Below, piece by piece: positions 20,628 through 30,742 of a DNA stretch of 64,000 bases (the stretch's first letter is position 1; each line of letters starts with the position of its first letter). The notes beneath the pieces were generated by a model, which was not told where the DNA came from, searched no databases, and worked only from the letters and a program-made list of their open reading frames with translations. The position numbers and the translations under genes are program-made. The DNA is from an uncultured Spirochaetota bacterium. Lineage in GTDB: Bacteria; Spirochaetota; UBA4802; UBA5550. The stretch spans positions 160,001-224,000 of the forward strand of contig CAWHAA010000006.1 in assembly GCA_963827275.1 (NCBI GenBank), read 5' to 3'.

Positions 20628-22874
20628 ATGAGATTGATGATACATCTTATCGTGTGTGCCTTTCTCCTTCCGCTCTTTGCCGTTCCTTCACTTGCCGGTA
20701 CTATAATTCTAAACAAACGGGTCATATCTGTAAAGAAGGGCTTTGACGAGTCCTGGCTGAAGCAGGTCCCATCGACCAGTGATACAACCTGGGTGCATAT
20801 TCCTCCCCAAAAAAAATACAGGAGCATCAGGATACAGGACATCCCCTTTCCCGACAAGCCGGCACGGTCATTCCTGTCATTGAGAGAGTATCCGCCTGAA
20901 AGCTATACCGTCATTGCCAGTTTCGTCATTAGTGACATATCCGATGTTGAAAACCAATTCCTTGGATTATTCATCGATATGATCGGCGAAAACTGGGCCG
21001 TCTATCTAAACGGGAAAATCATCAAGGACGAGATACATCTCGCCGGGAATAACTATATAGATGAATATCGGACGTACCGACATGTGCTGGTGTACCTCAA
21101 TCCGCGCCTTATAAAACAAGGGGAGAATATCATTGGCTTTAAAATAATCGGCGATCCCACAATACCGGATACGGGGTTTTTAATGAATACCCCGATAATT
21201 ATCGGCGATTACAGCACGCTTGCGATGAGTAAGATGAAATTGATCCCGATGATGCTGGTCGTCGTTTATCTCATTGCCGGTCTCTACCACCTTGTCATTT
21301 TTTTATTCAGGAGGAGTGAGCGTCATAATCTATACTTCGGCCTTTTTTCCATCATGCTGTTCATATACTTCATCTGCAGGACAAGCAATGTCTATTATGT
21401 GATCCGGGACACGGAATGGACCCTGCTGCTCGAATTCTGCTCACTTTTTTCATTGTTTCCGCTGATCATGAATTACATGGAGCTGATCCTGTTCGGCAGG
21501 ATCAGGCCGTTCGTAATGGCGTACAATGCTTTCTGCGCCATGCTGATTGCCGCAACCATCCTGGTGCCGCAGGGGACGAGAATAGACCTTTTGAGGATAT
21601 GGCAGTATACGGCGATCATTCCATTGATCTATTTCATGCTTTTCCAGATGGGCATGGCATTTTTTACGGCGGTACGCAGTTACCGCTCATCTGGAACGGC
21701 CCCGTCCCGCCCCGGGATAGGCCGGGCACTGGCGCACAGCTTCGTCAATACGGTGCCGGGAAACCTCATGATCGGGGCCCTGGTAACGGTCGGATGCTCG
21801 GTGTTTGATGTGCTCGATGCGCTCTATTTTTCAACCGGAATAGTGGCAACAAATTACGGGTTCCTGATTTTTGTTTTCGGGGTCACCTTCGTCCTCTCGC
21901 AGCGTTTCATATACCTTTACAGCGAAATAGACGGCCTTACGGTCGAGCTGAGGCAGAAATCGAGCGATTTGAAAGAAACACGGGTCAGGTATGGCATTTC
22001 ACAGGAAAAATACCGCCTCCTCGTGGAAGGTTCTTCCGATATCATATTCTCTCTTGACGAAAAATTCAGGTTCCTGACGGCGAACAGGCGTATGCGCGAC
22101 CTTGTGCGCCTCACCGACGCTGCGTTTGGCGTCAAGACGATAATGGAAGTCCTCCATGAGACCGACCAGAGGTCGGTGACCATACAGTTCATACAGAACA
22201 AGCTGGAGCAGTTCATCGCCGATAAAAAACCGATTAATTTAAAGATGGATTTCAGGACGCCCTTCGGGAGTGAGCCGACATCGCTGCAGGTCCGGCTGGA
22301 ATACATTAATATCGAGGGGCGATATGAAATATTCGGCAGGGGGACGGGCGTATCCGAAGACATGCTGAGCCAGTATATCGAGGATGAGCATCAGCATTAC
22401 AGGATCGGCAACCTGATGCTGGTGGCCGATGACCTGAGCTTCAGGGTGACGCGCAACCTTGAGAAATTCATCGACAAGCGTGAAATAAACCTCGTCAGGA
22501 TGGCGGTCAGGGAAATCATAATCAACGCGATAGAGCACGGGAACCTGGCGATCACCTTCGATGAAAAGACAAGGGAAACAGTGGAGGGCGATTATTTCTC
22601 GTATATCAACAAGCGGCAGAACGACCCGTTATACAGCGGGAGGACGGTGGATATACTGTACCGTGTCAACCAGGACAGGGTAGAATATACCGTTACCGAC
22701 CAGGGCTCCGGTTTTGACTATGGCAAATACCTGCGCGGGGAAGTTGACGTCAACGATGCGCTGATACCTCACGGGCGCGGCATAACCCTTGCAAAAAATA
22801 TTTTTGATGAGCTTCGCTACAACGATTCAGGCAACAGCGTCGTCCTCGTCAAGCACTTCAAAAAGTCACCATGA
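20628..22874 (+). CDS. 7TM (DISM-like) sensor with PAS and an RsbW-like HATPase domain
   Basis: Extracellular beta domain; about seven TM helices; YRLLVEGSSDIIF PAS start; EIIINAIEHGN, DQGSGFD, HGRGI. Confidence 0.8.
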   Translation: MRLMIHLIVCAFLLPLFAVPSLAGTIILNKRVISVKKGFDESWLKQVPSTSDTTWVHIPPQKKYRSIRIQDIPFPDKPARSFLSLREYPPESYTVIASFVISDISDVENQFLGLFIDMIGENWAVYLNGKIIKDEIHLAGNNYIDEYRTYRHVLVYLNPRLIKQGENIIGFKIIGDPTIPDTGFLMNTPIIIGDYSTLAMSKMKLIPMMLVVVYLIAGLYHLVIFLFRRSERHNLYFGLFSIMLFIYFICRTSNVYYVIRDTEWTLLLEFCSLFSLFPLIMNYMELILFGRIRPFVMAYNAFCAMLIAATILVPQGTRIDLLRIWQYTAIIPLIYFMLFQMGMAFFTAVRSYRSSGTAPSRPGIGRALAHSFVNTVPGNLMIGALVTVGCSVFDVLDALYFSTGIVATNYGFLIFVFGVTFVLSQRFIYLYSEIDGLTVELRQKSSDLKETRVRYGISQEKYRLLVEGSSDIIFSLDEKFRFLTANRRMRDLVRLTDAAFGVKTIMEVLHETDQRSVTIQFIQNKLEQFIADKKPINLKMDFRTPFGSEPTSLQVRLEYINIEGRYEIFGRGTGVSEDMLSQYIEDEHQHYRIGNLMLVADDLSFRVTRNLEKFIDKREINLVRMAVREIIINAIEHGNLAITFDEKTRETVEGDYFSYINKRQNDPLYSGRTVDILYRVNQDRVEYTVTDQGSGFDYGKYLRGEVDVNDALIPHGRGITLAKNIFDELRYNDSGNSVVLVKHFKKSP

Positions 22875-22885
22875 CCGCCGCCGAG

Positions 22886-23320
22886 TCAGCACTTGAGGCC
22901 GGTGCCAAGGCGCGTCTCTATCGTCATGTTCCTGAGGCACCCGGGGAAGGTGACAGACTCAAGGTATTCCATGAAACACCTCTCGAGCTTTTCCGGGGCA
23001 GGATGTCCGCATACGTTTTCCTTGATTTTCGTGTATCCGCGCATGCGGCCGCTGCGGTCAATTGTTATTCTGACCACCATGAAAATTGCGGTACAATCAG
23101 CGCAGCTCATAATCAGCCCGGAATCAGCGATGCACCCGTGATATATGCTTAGCCGCCACTGTTCGGCTATGGCATGGAACGCCTCGTACTGCTTTCCTTC
23201 GAGCAGATAGTCAATTGCAACGGGTGATCCTGCGGGTTTTACACATGAAATCCCGATGGCGGCACACAGGATACCCGCCATAATGAAAGTTGGGATGTGA
23301 TAAACAGGTGATTGCTTCAT
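22886..23320 (-). CDS. hypothetical Cys-rich lipoprotein
   Basis: Hydrophobic signal ending GISC; CADC and further Cys residues. Confidence 0.55.
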   Translation of the reverse strand: MKQSPVYHIPTFIMAGILCAAIGISCVKPAGSPVAIDYLLEGKQYEAFHAIAEQWRLSIYHGCIADSGLIMSCADCTAIFMVVRITIDRSGRMRGYTKIKENVCGHPAPEKLERCFMEYLESVTFPGCLRNMTIETRLGTGLKC

Positions 23321-23341
23321 GGCATTGTTTGCAGGATAATC

Positions 23342-23373
23342 AAAAAAAGGCCCGCGTTGTAACGCGGGCCTTT
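23342..23373 (-). terminator. Rho-independent terminator of the OmpL47-like gene
   Basis: AAAGGCCCGCGTT/AACGCGGGCCTTT stem followed by T7 on the minus strand. Confidence 0.9.
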
Positions 23374-23394
23374 GTATCAGTCAGCAGTATGGGG

Positions 23395-24498
23395 CTATTT
23401 CTCCACAGTCTCTATAATGGAGTTCGGCGGCAGAATGTCGACATACACGGTAAAGGTCGTGATGCCGGAAAGGTTGCCTGCCTTGTCAAGCGCACGGGCA
23501 TCAATCTGGTGCCTGCCATTATTCTGGAACTGTATCTCGTTTTTATAGGGGATAAAGTCTCCCTGGCCGTCAATCCTGTAGAATATTGCAGCCACGCCGG
23601 AATCATCATCTTTTGCGGTGATGGTGTACTTTGTGTCGATAGTGGCTACATTCTGGTTGTTTATCTTCTGCATTTCCTTGTCGGGCTGTATCGCTACAGT
23701 CGGAGCGACTTCATCAACCGCGAGATTGACCACCGAGTCATTCAGCTCTACTTCGTTTCCTGCTTCGTCAAGAACGCGGAAGGTGAAAAGTTCGGTTGTA
23801 TTGTCAACATTGTCGATTCCCCTGGCCTTCAGGTTTATGGCGCCGCTTGAGGGCATCGCGAAGGGAGCAACATATTCCTGGTAGGTCGTACCATCGGTGG
23901 TATATTCGACCCTTTTGACGCCTGAAAGTGCGTCATTGGAATTAATGCTGAATTGCACATTTTTCTGGTAATAGATTTTATCGCCGATCTTTTTGACCGG
24001 GCTGCTCGTGGTGACAACCATGGCAGGGCCGGTATTGTCAACGGCAACGTTGTATGCTTTTTCCGCTTCCTTGTTGCCGACCTTGTCGATACCGTAGTAC
24101 TTGATCGTATGGTATCCTTCGGTGGCTATCGAGAAGGGGTCCTGGTATGTGGTGACAGCGCCTTCGTCGACCTTGTACTCGATCTTGTCCATTTGCAGGT
24201 CGTCGGTTGAAGACAATTTAAAATGGACCTTCGAATTAACAAAGATCGTTTTGCCGTCAAAATAAGTCCGGGCGTCCGCTGCAGCGATTGAGGTCTCGCC
24301 GGCCGCTCTTGTATCGGCTTCAACTTTTACCGGCTCGGCCGCCTTGATGTCGTCATTTAACATTGATTTGTTTTCATCGGGGGCATTTTCGATTTTGTCC
24401 GGGTCAGTGGTAGAAGGATCGTCCTGAGAATATGCCATACTGGTCAGGGACAACCCGAGAGCAAGGCAGAATAAAAGTATAAAAGATCTTTTAAGCAT
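23395..24498 (-). CDS. OmpL47-type surface protein with Ig-like repeats
   Basis: Signal peptide; repeats such as SGVKRVEY..DG..Y..PF and EGYHTIKYYGIDKVGN; GGAGG RBS. Confidence 0.75.
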   Translation of the reverse strand: MLKRSFILLFCLALGLSLTSMAYSQDDPSTTDPDKIENAPDENKSMLNDDIKAAEPVKVEADTRAAGETSIAAADARTYFDGKTIFVNSKVHFKLSSTDDLQMDKIEYKVDEGAVTTYQDPFSIATEGYHTIKYYGIDKVGNKEAEKAYNVAVDNTGPAMVVTTSSPVKKIGDKIYYQKNVQFSINSNDALSGVKRVEYTTDGTTYQEYVAPFAMPSSGAINLKARGIDNVDNTTELFTFRVLDEAGNEVELNDSVVNLAVDEVAPTVAIQPDKEMQKINNQNVATIDTKYTITAKDDDSGVAAIFYRIDGQGDFIPYKNEIQFQNNGRHQIDARALDKAGNLSGITTFTVYVDILPPNSIIETVEK

Positions 24499-24825
24499 AC
24501 AGTACCTCCATTAATTCCTGTATAATTCAGATGAATTATTTACCAAAAGATTTAACAAAATGGTATTAATTATTATGAATAATATAATGTCAATAGATAT
24601 TTAGCGCATAAAATCACAAAATTTTGATTTTCTTTGATATAAGATATGCAGTTTTATATAAAATATCTTTATGATTCTGTCATTCACAAGCATGACGGCC
24701 GATGATGTTTGTTATATAAAATCATCACACCTGTCGCAATGATACCCGCTGTTTGGCTTGACTTTTTATCTGATGTGTACTATTTTGTGCAACAAAACAG
24801 CTTTATTTATGCAAGGAGATGCCAA

Positions 24826-25455
24826 ATGATAGCAAGGACCATTGCACTGCTTACGGTTTTATTGTTTTTTGTTTCCAGTATAACGTTCGCACATCCTGGC
24901 GGGCTGGATTCTGAAGGCGGCCATTTCGACCACCAGAATAAAGAATATCACTATCACAAGGATGGGCAGATCACCATTGACAGGTCAAAGAGTGCCAGGT
25001 ATGATGAATTAGCTGACAAGCGTAACAGATATGATGATGACGATAGAGATAAAAAAGAAAAGAAAAAGAAAAAGGATAAAAAAGACGGTGATGACGTAGA
25101 CAAGAACGATAAGGACAAAAAAAAGAAGAAAAAAGACAAAGACGACGAAGACAAGGACAAAAAGGACAAGAAGGACAAGAAAAAGAAGAAGAAAGACAAG
25201 GATGACGAAGACAAAGACGGCACAGATAAAAAAGACACCAAAAAGAAGAAGAAAGATAAGGATGACGAAGATAAGGATAAAAAAGACAAGAAAAAGAAGA
25301 AAAAAGACAAGGACGATGGAGACAAGGTAAAAGATAAGAAAGAAAAGAAAGAGAAGAAGGAAAAGAAAGAGAAAAAAGAAAAGAAAGAAGACAAACCCAA
25401 GAAAAAGAAAAACACGAAAGAGAAAAAGACTAAAAAGAAAAAATCTGAAGATTAA
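24826..25455 (+). CDS. secreted YHYH-domain protein with a Lys/Asp/Glu-rich tail
   Basis: AGGAG RBS; signal peptide ending TFA; HPGGLDSEGGH...YHYH; long K/D/E tail. Confidence 0.8.
   Translation: MIARTIALLTVLLFFVSSITFAHPGGLDSEGGHFDHQNKEYHYHKDGQITIDRSKSARYDELADKRNRYDDDDRDKKEKKKKKDKKDGDDVDKNDKDKKKKKKDKDDEDKDKKDKKDKKKKKKDKDDEDKDGTDKKDTKKKKKDKDDEDKDKKDKKKKKKDKDDGDKVKDKKEKKEKKEKKEKKEKKEDKPKKKKNTKEKKTKKKKSED
25030..25450 (+). repeat. degenerate coding repeat: KKKKKDKDD(E/G)DK x4 then (KKE)n
   Basis: Extremely purine-rich strand; repeats conserved at protein level with mixed codons. Confidence 0.85.
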
Positions 25456-25477
25456 CTATCGATACATTTCAGCATGC

Positions 25478-25508
25478 AAAGGCGGGGCCGGTTGGTCCTG
25501 CCTTTTTT
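25478..25508 (+). terminator. Rho-independent terminator, possibly bidirectional
   Basis: AAAGGCGGGGCC..GGTCCTGCCTTTTTT between convergent genes. Confidence 0.8.
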
Positions 25509-25521
25509 GCGCTTCAAGCTT

Positions 25522-26664
25522 TCATTTGAATTTTTTCACAAGTGCGCTATAGGGGATTTTCAGGAGCATGGGCTGATAGATGGCCGGATGTATGTATATC
25601 GCATACACCGCATGCGAAGTGTGGAATATCTCCTTTCCGGAATAATAAAATAAAAGAGGCCGCGATGCGATTCTCGGCAGTGCCGGGGGGACATAGATCA
25701 CCCTGGATTGTGCGCTGCTGATTTGTGAAAAATCATTGAATACCACCGACTTGATGGTACCGTCAAGACTGCAGTAAATGACAAGGTACCGCTCCAGGAC
25801 CTCGTTATATGATAGTGAAAGCTCGCCCATGACATCGTCCGCGAACGGGTGCGCGTCGAAAATATTTCGGGACCAGTTGCCCTTCGCGTCAAGGAATTCA
25901 TAGGAAGACCGGTTTTTGATTGAAGATGCCGGTACCCTCGCCACGAAGGCCGGCACGCGCTTGTTCGCGGCGGGTCCGTGGCCGACAAGATACAGGTACT
26001 CGCCCCTCCGGATTACGGAATCGCCGAACACGGGCTCGCCGCCGTTGAAAAGCTTCACCGTTCTCGTAAAGCTCACCGGCCCGCCGGGACGCCATGAAAC
26101 GGGCTTCCGCCATTCTGCGAGACCGACCCCCATGACCCGTATGGGCATGGCCTCATTGCCGTTCATGGTGATGTTCTTGTCGATATACACGATGATATAA
26201 TAGACATAGACGGTCGAACCGATCAGTATGCCGTCAATGGCCCAGAAGCGCCAGACGCGCGGGTCTTCGCCGGGAAGCGGCTTGATGAACTGGGCAACAG
26301 AGCCCTTTTCTTTATGGAATGTGAAATCAAGGACGGCGGCAGTCTGGTCATCCGGAACCGGGGTGAAGGCCAGTGCGTTGCTTAACATTCCCTTCATAAC
26401 GGCCGTGTCTTCAAATGTCGAATTGACCGAAAGTTCCCCTTTCCAGGAGCCGAGGATGGTGTCGCCGAAAGTCCACATCACGGTATCACCGAGAGGGATC
26501 GGCGTGCAGCCGTCCTGGCCCAGGATGCTCTTGTTCCTGCTCTCGCCGAAAATCCCCAGGTTTTCTATTGTTCCCTGCTGGTCGCATGCGCATAAAGCAA
26601 GGAGTAGAAAGCCGGTTGCACAAAGGCCCAGGATGCGGCACGGCAGTGCATGATGTCGGTTCAT
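25522..26664 (-). CDS. DUF4185-like beta-propeller lipoprotein
   Basis: LALCAC lipobox-like; GQDG..WTFGDT motif; GELSLSYN. Confidence 0.65.
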   Translation of the reverse strand: MNRHHALPCRILGLCATGFLLLALCACDQQGTIENLGIFGESRNKSILGQDGCTPIPLGDTVMWTFGDTILGSWKGELSVNSTFEDTAVMKGMLSNALAFTPVPDDQTAAVLDFTFHKEKGSVAQFIKPLPGEDPRVWRFWAIDGILIGSTVYVYYIIVYIDKNITMNGNEAMPIRVMGVGLAEWRKPVSWRPGGPVSFTRTVKLFNGGEPVFGDSVIRRGEYLYLVGHGPAANKRVPAFVARVPASSIKNRSSYEFLDAKGNWSRNIFDAHPFADDVMGELSLSYNEVLERYLVIYCSLDGTIKSVVFNDFSQISSAQSRVIYVPPALPRIASRPLLFYYSGKEIFHTSHAVYAIYIHPAIYQPMLLKIPYSALVKKFK

Positions 26665-26847
26665 GATTGTGACAGCCGTCGTAAATCCAAAAAAACATGG
26701 TGAATTGCAATACCTCTGTGTGACATGATTGTGCCTGAAGGTCAAGAATAATATTGCGCAGCGTAAATGAATCTTGACAAAATCACCGCGGATATTTTAT
26801 CCAGAACGATTGAGAATCGGGTACAACCGGCCGCGCACAAAAGTTGA

Positions 26848-28068
26848 ATGGATATGCATAATAACGTCGTCATCACCGGCATGAACATCATCTCCTCGCT
26901 CGGGTTACACCTTGAGGAAAACTGGACAAACCTGCTCGCCGGGAAGAGCGGCGTCCGGACCATCGATCTCTTTGACCCCTCGGGGTGCGAAACGCGCATT
27001 GCGGCGCAGGTCCCGGAGGGGTTCGATCAGTACGCCGTGCGTTTCATAAAAAAGCGGCTTGCCGGTCAGATGACAAGGGTGACGCGCATGGCGTATGCCT
27101 GCGCGGCCGGGGCAATCGAAAGGTCGGGGCTCGATTTTACCCGTCATGACCGCGGGCGCTGTGCCGTCATCTTCGGGGCGGTGTCAACCGGCAATTCAAG
27201 CGTGGAAAAGGGCACAACGTCAAAAAACACGATCATCAAACGCATGAGCAATGCGATTCCCGCATGGATATCCCTTCACTACGGCCTGGAGGGACCGAAC
27301 TTTACCGTCAATACGGCATGCGCCTCGTCTTCGTACGCCATGGGACTCGGGTACGACATGATCAGGAGCGGGGCTGCGGATATCGTCATTACCGGCGGCG
27401 CGGATTCAACCATCAACCCTGAAGAGATTACCGGTTTCAACGAGATGTACGCGCTGAGCGTCCGCAACGACAGGCCAGGACAGGCCAGCAGGCCGTTCGA
27501 ACGGGACCGCGACGGGTTTGTCATCGGCGAGGGAGCTGGCGTCGTCATACTTGAATCCGAGGAATCAGCCCGGTCGCGTGGTGCGACAATCCTGGCGGAA
27601 TTCGCAGGGTATGCCATGACCAGCGAATCGTACAACATCATGGCGCCGAAAAAGGACGGGGAGGGTATGGCGGCGACCATGGCAAAAGCTCTCGGGAACT
27701 CCGGGATCGCACCCGGCCAGGTGGATTACATCAACGCGCATGGTACGGGGACGCTCCTCAACGACCGGTATGAGACCATGGCCATCAAGCGTGTTTTCGG
27801 TGAAGCGGCCGCGCGGATCCCGGTATCGTCCTGCAAGTCCATGATCGGCCATTCTATTGCCGCGGCCGGCTCGATAGAAGCGGCCATCACCGTCATGTGC
27901 ATCAGGGAGCAGGTGGTTACCCCGACCATAAATTACGATACCGCCGATCCCGACCTCGACCTGGACTATGTGCCGAATAATTCGCGGCCCCATAAAATTA
28001 ATGTTGCAATATCAAATTCCTTTGCTTTTGGTGGGCATAACGCTACTATTGTACTGAAAAAATATTAA
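26848..28068 (+). CDS. fabF: beta-ketoacyl-ACP synthase II
   Basis: TACASS catalytic Cys, NAHGTGT, KSMIGH, SNSFAFGGHN. Confidence 0.92.
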   Translation: MDMHNNVVITGMNIISSLGLHLEENWTNLLAGKSGVRTIDLFDPSGCETRIAAQVPEGFDQYAVRFIKKRLAGQMTRVTRMAYACAAGAIERSGLDFTRHDRGRCAVIFGAVSTGNSSVEKGTTSKNTIIKRMSNAIPAWISLHYGLEGPNFTVNTACASSSYAMGLGYDMIRSGAADIVITGGADSTINPEEITGFNEMYALSVRNDRPGQASRPFERDRDGFVIGEGAGVVILESEESARSRGATILAEFAGYAMTSESYNIMAPKKDGEGMAATMAKALGNSGIAPGQVDYINAHGTGTLLNDRYETMAIKRVFGEAAARIPVSSCKSMIGHSIAAAGSIEAAITVMCIREQVVTPTINYDTADPDLDLDYVPNNSRPHKINVAISNSFAFGGHNATIVLKKY

Positions 28069-28129
28069 TGCTACGCGGCCGCGCAGGGGGCCAGGGCAGA
28101 TCACCATACCGGCAACCGGGGAGAAACAT

Positions 28130-28435
28130 ATGGCTAAGATTGATAACGGCACCAGGGATGAAGTGCGCAACATGGTATACGAATTTTTTTCTGAAGAGTG
28201 CGAGGTGCCTATCGGACAGCTGACCGACGAGACCAACGTTATCAGGGATCTCGAAGGCGATTCCCTCATGTTCCTTGAACTCCTTGAGATATTCAAGAAA
28301 AAATACCGGTTGAGCATCGAGCTCAAGACAGTCGGCAAGTATGTCGTCAAGCACCCGGCTGAAACGATCGGCGCGATCGTCAACATGACGATGCTCATCA
28401 TAGAGCATGAGAACAACATAGCGGACCTTGACTGA
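28130..28435 (+). CDS. acyl carrier protein
   Basis: Acidic 101-aa protein with DLEGDSLMFLEL phosphopantetheine motif, inside the fabF operon. Confidence 0.85.
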   Translation: MAKIDNGTRDEVRNMVYEFFSEECEVPIGQLTDETNVIRDLEGDSLMFLELLEIFKKKYRLSIELKTVGKYVVKHPAETIGAIVNMTMLIIEHENNIADLD

Positions 28436-29396
28436 ATTGGAACGAAAAAGAACCGCAGCGATATTCCCCGCCTTCGGGTGCAGGTACCTCGGCATCGAAC
28501 AGGACATTTTGAACGACATGTCCGGCGATCTGCGGGAGCTCCTGTCGCGGGCGGAAGCCGCCGTTGCGTTCGACAGGGACGAATTTCTGTCGCAGACCGA
28601 TGGCAATTTTACCGATGAACTTCAGTCCCAGTACGCCGCCTACATCATCAGCTGCGCATTTTCCAATATTTTGAAGAGAAACGGCGTGCGGATCGATTAT
28701 GCCGCAGGGTACAGCATGGGTCTCTACGCCGCCATCTTTCACGCTGAATCGGTTACCTTCGAACAGGGCCTTGAGCTTATCACCCTGGCGTATACCCTGA
28801 TCCGTGAAGCCGCCGCCGGCCTCGATTTCGGGACCGGCGTGATTTCCGGGCTCGAAGAGGGAGATGTCCGCTCGATTATCACGGGCACCGCAGGCCTTGA
28901 GATCATCAATATCATCAGCCGCCACAGCCTCATGATTGCCGGCGCCTCGAGCGCGGTCACCGCGGCGCTTGCAGCGGCAAAGGGCCAGGGGGCGCTCAAC
29001 ACGAAATATCTGGCTTTAAAACTGCCCTATCATTCGCATTTCATGAAAGAAGCCGCGCGCAGGTTTTACGATCACTGCTCCGGCATGACCATTTACGATC
29101 CGTCCTGCAGCATCATATCGACGCTCGACGGCAGGGTGCTGACGACGTGGGAAGGCGTCGTCGGCGACCTTGCCGGTAATATCGACCGGAACATACACTG
29201 GCTCCGGGCGATGGAGCGGATGATCGCGGCCGGTGTAAACGTGTTTTTCGAGTGCGGCCCGGGCAGGAGCCTGTCAAGGATCGCGCGTTTCATCGACGGC
29301 GACTTCACCGTGTACGGCCCCGGCACCATGAATGAGCTGCTTGCGTCGGGAAAGGCCTGCGGCAGGGCCAGGGCATTGAATTTCCAGGGCGTATGA
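28428..29396 (+). CDS. FabD-like acyltransferase, atypical
   Basis: AGYSMG nucleophile elbow, PYHS, FECGPG. Confidence 0.82.
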   Translation: MTELERKRTAAIFPAFGCRYLGIEQDILNDMSGDLRELLSRAEAAVAFDRDEFLSQTDGNFTDELQSQYAAYIISCAFSNILKRNGVRIDYAAGYSMGLYAAIFHAESVTFEQGLELITLAYTLIREAAAGLDFGTGVISGLEEGDVRSIITGTAGLEIINIISRHSLMIAGASSAVTAALAAAKGQGALNTKYLALKLPYHSHFMKEAARRFYDHCSGMTIYDPSCSIISTLDGRVLTTWEGVVGDLAGNIDRNIHWLRAMERMIAAGVNVFFECGPGRSLSRIARFIDGDFTVYGPGTMNELLASGKACGRARALNFQGV

Positions 29397-30733
29397 AAAT
29401 CCTTCTCGTGAACCCGCCGCGATCGCCGCACAACGGCATCCTCGGTTTCGCGCCGGAGGCGGCCCGCCGGTTCATACATAAAAAGCTGATCGGTCCGCCG
29501 CTCGGGCTCCTCACCATAGCGACAGCTGTGCGCGGCCACGATGTGCACCTTCTCGACATGAAGGGAGAATACGACCTTGACCCGGGCGCCCCTGGCCAGG
29601 AGACACTGCTCAGGAAGCACCTGGAGGCGGTCAGGCCGGATGTCGTGGGCGTGACATTTATCGCGTCGGAATTCAACAGCGGGATAGACTTGTTCCGGAC
29701 AGTGAAACAATATGACCCCGGGATACTGACGGTCGCCGGCGGCCTGCATGCCACCGCGTGCCCGTACGATTTCACCGATGGCGCCGTTGATGCCGTGATC
29801 CCGGGGCAGTGCGCCGATATCTTCACGGAAACGGTCAGGGCGAGGGAACAGGGCCGGGGGCCGGCATCGGTCCCGGGCCTGTTCGCAAACGGCGCCGGCG
29901 GCCTGACTTTTACCGGACGCGCGGAGCGGAACTGGGAGCCGGCCGGTAAGGATTTTATCATGCCCGACCGCTCATACCTCAACCGCTGGATCTCCGCATA
30001 CCGCGCAGGCGGATCGCCGGATCCGAGCACCTACATCTTCACTTCGCTCGGCTGCCCGTACCGCTGCACCTTCTGCTCAATATGGCCGCTCTTCGACGGA
30101 CGCTACCACCAGCGCGGGGTTGAAAGCGTGATTGAGGAGCTTAAAGCGACCGCCGACTACCCGGTGGTGCGGTTCGCGGACGCCAACTCGATCGTGAGCG
30201 AAGCGTTCATGAACGCCCTCTGCGACAGGATAGCGGAAGAGGGGATACGGAAGTTCTTCATCATGGACATACGCTTCGACACCGCGGTCAGATACCCCCG
30301 CCTCATAGAGAAGCTTGCCAGAAACGGGCTCAGGGTGGTCATCTGCGGGTTTGAGTCGTTCAGGGAGGAAGAGCTGCGGCGCTATCGCAAGGAGGCGCAG
30401 GCAAAGCTGATCGAGGAGGCGATCGCCATATTCCACGCAAACGGCATCATGGTGCGTGGCAACTACGTGATCCCCTCCGATTACACGGAGGACGATTTCA
30501 GCGCCATGGCGGAATATGCCGGCTCGCACAGGGTGGTGTATGCAGGGTATACAATCCTTACCCCCATGCCGGGGACGGCCTACCATGAAAGCGTGAAGGA
30601 CCAGATAATAGACTTCGATCTTTCAAAGTATAATTTTTTCAACAGCGTGTTCAGGACCGCCCTGCCGGAGGAAAAGTTCTACGAAAATGTGGGGAAGCTC
30701 TGGCTCATCAAGGAAGGGAAAGACGTCATTTAG
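29393..30733 (+). CDS. cobalamin-binding radical SAM enzyme
   Basis: PPLGLL, GGLHAT, GCPYRCTFC, GFES, TPMPGT. Confidence 0.92.
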   Translation: MKILLVNPPRSPHNGILGFAPEAARRFIHKKLIGPPLGLLTIATAVRGHDVHLLDMKGEYDLDPGAPGQETLLRKHLEAVRPDVVGVTFIASEFNSGIDLFRTVKQYDPGILTVAGGLHATACPYDFTDGAVDAVIPGQCADIFTETVRAREQGRGPASVPGLFANGAGGLTFTGRAERNWEPAGKDFIMPDRSYLNRWISAYRAGGSPDPSTYIFTSLGCPYRCTFCSIWPLFDGRYHQRGVESVIEELKATADYPVVRFADANSIVSEAFMNALCDRIAEEGIRKFFIMDIRFDTAVRYPRLIEKLARNGLRVVICGFESFREEELRRYRKEAQAKLIEEAIAIFHANGIMVRGNYVIPSDYTEDDFSAMAEYAGSHRVVYAGYTILTPMPGTAYHESVKDQIIDFDLSKYNFFNSVFRTALPEEKFYENVGKLWLIKEGKDVI

Positions 30734-30742
30734 CCCGCCGGC

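Noticed and set aside
24954..25415. Phe/Ser/Leu-rich antisense ORF that looks like a membrane protein
   Set aside because: It is the reverse complement of the Lys/Asp/Glu repeat
25030..25450. Repeats as a CRISPR array
   Set aside because: In-frame degenerate coding repeats with no unique spacers and no cas genes
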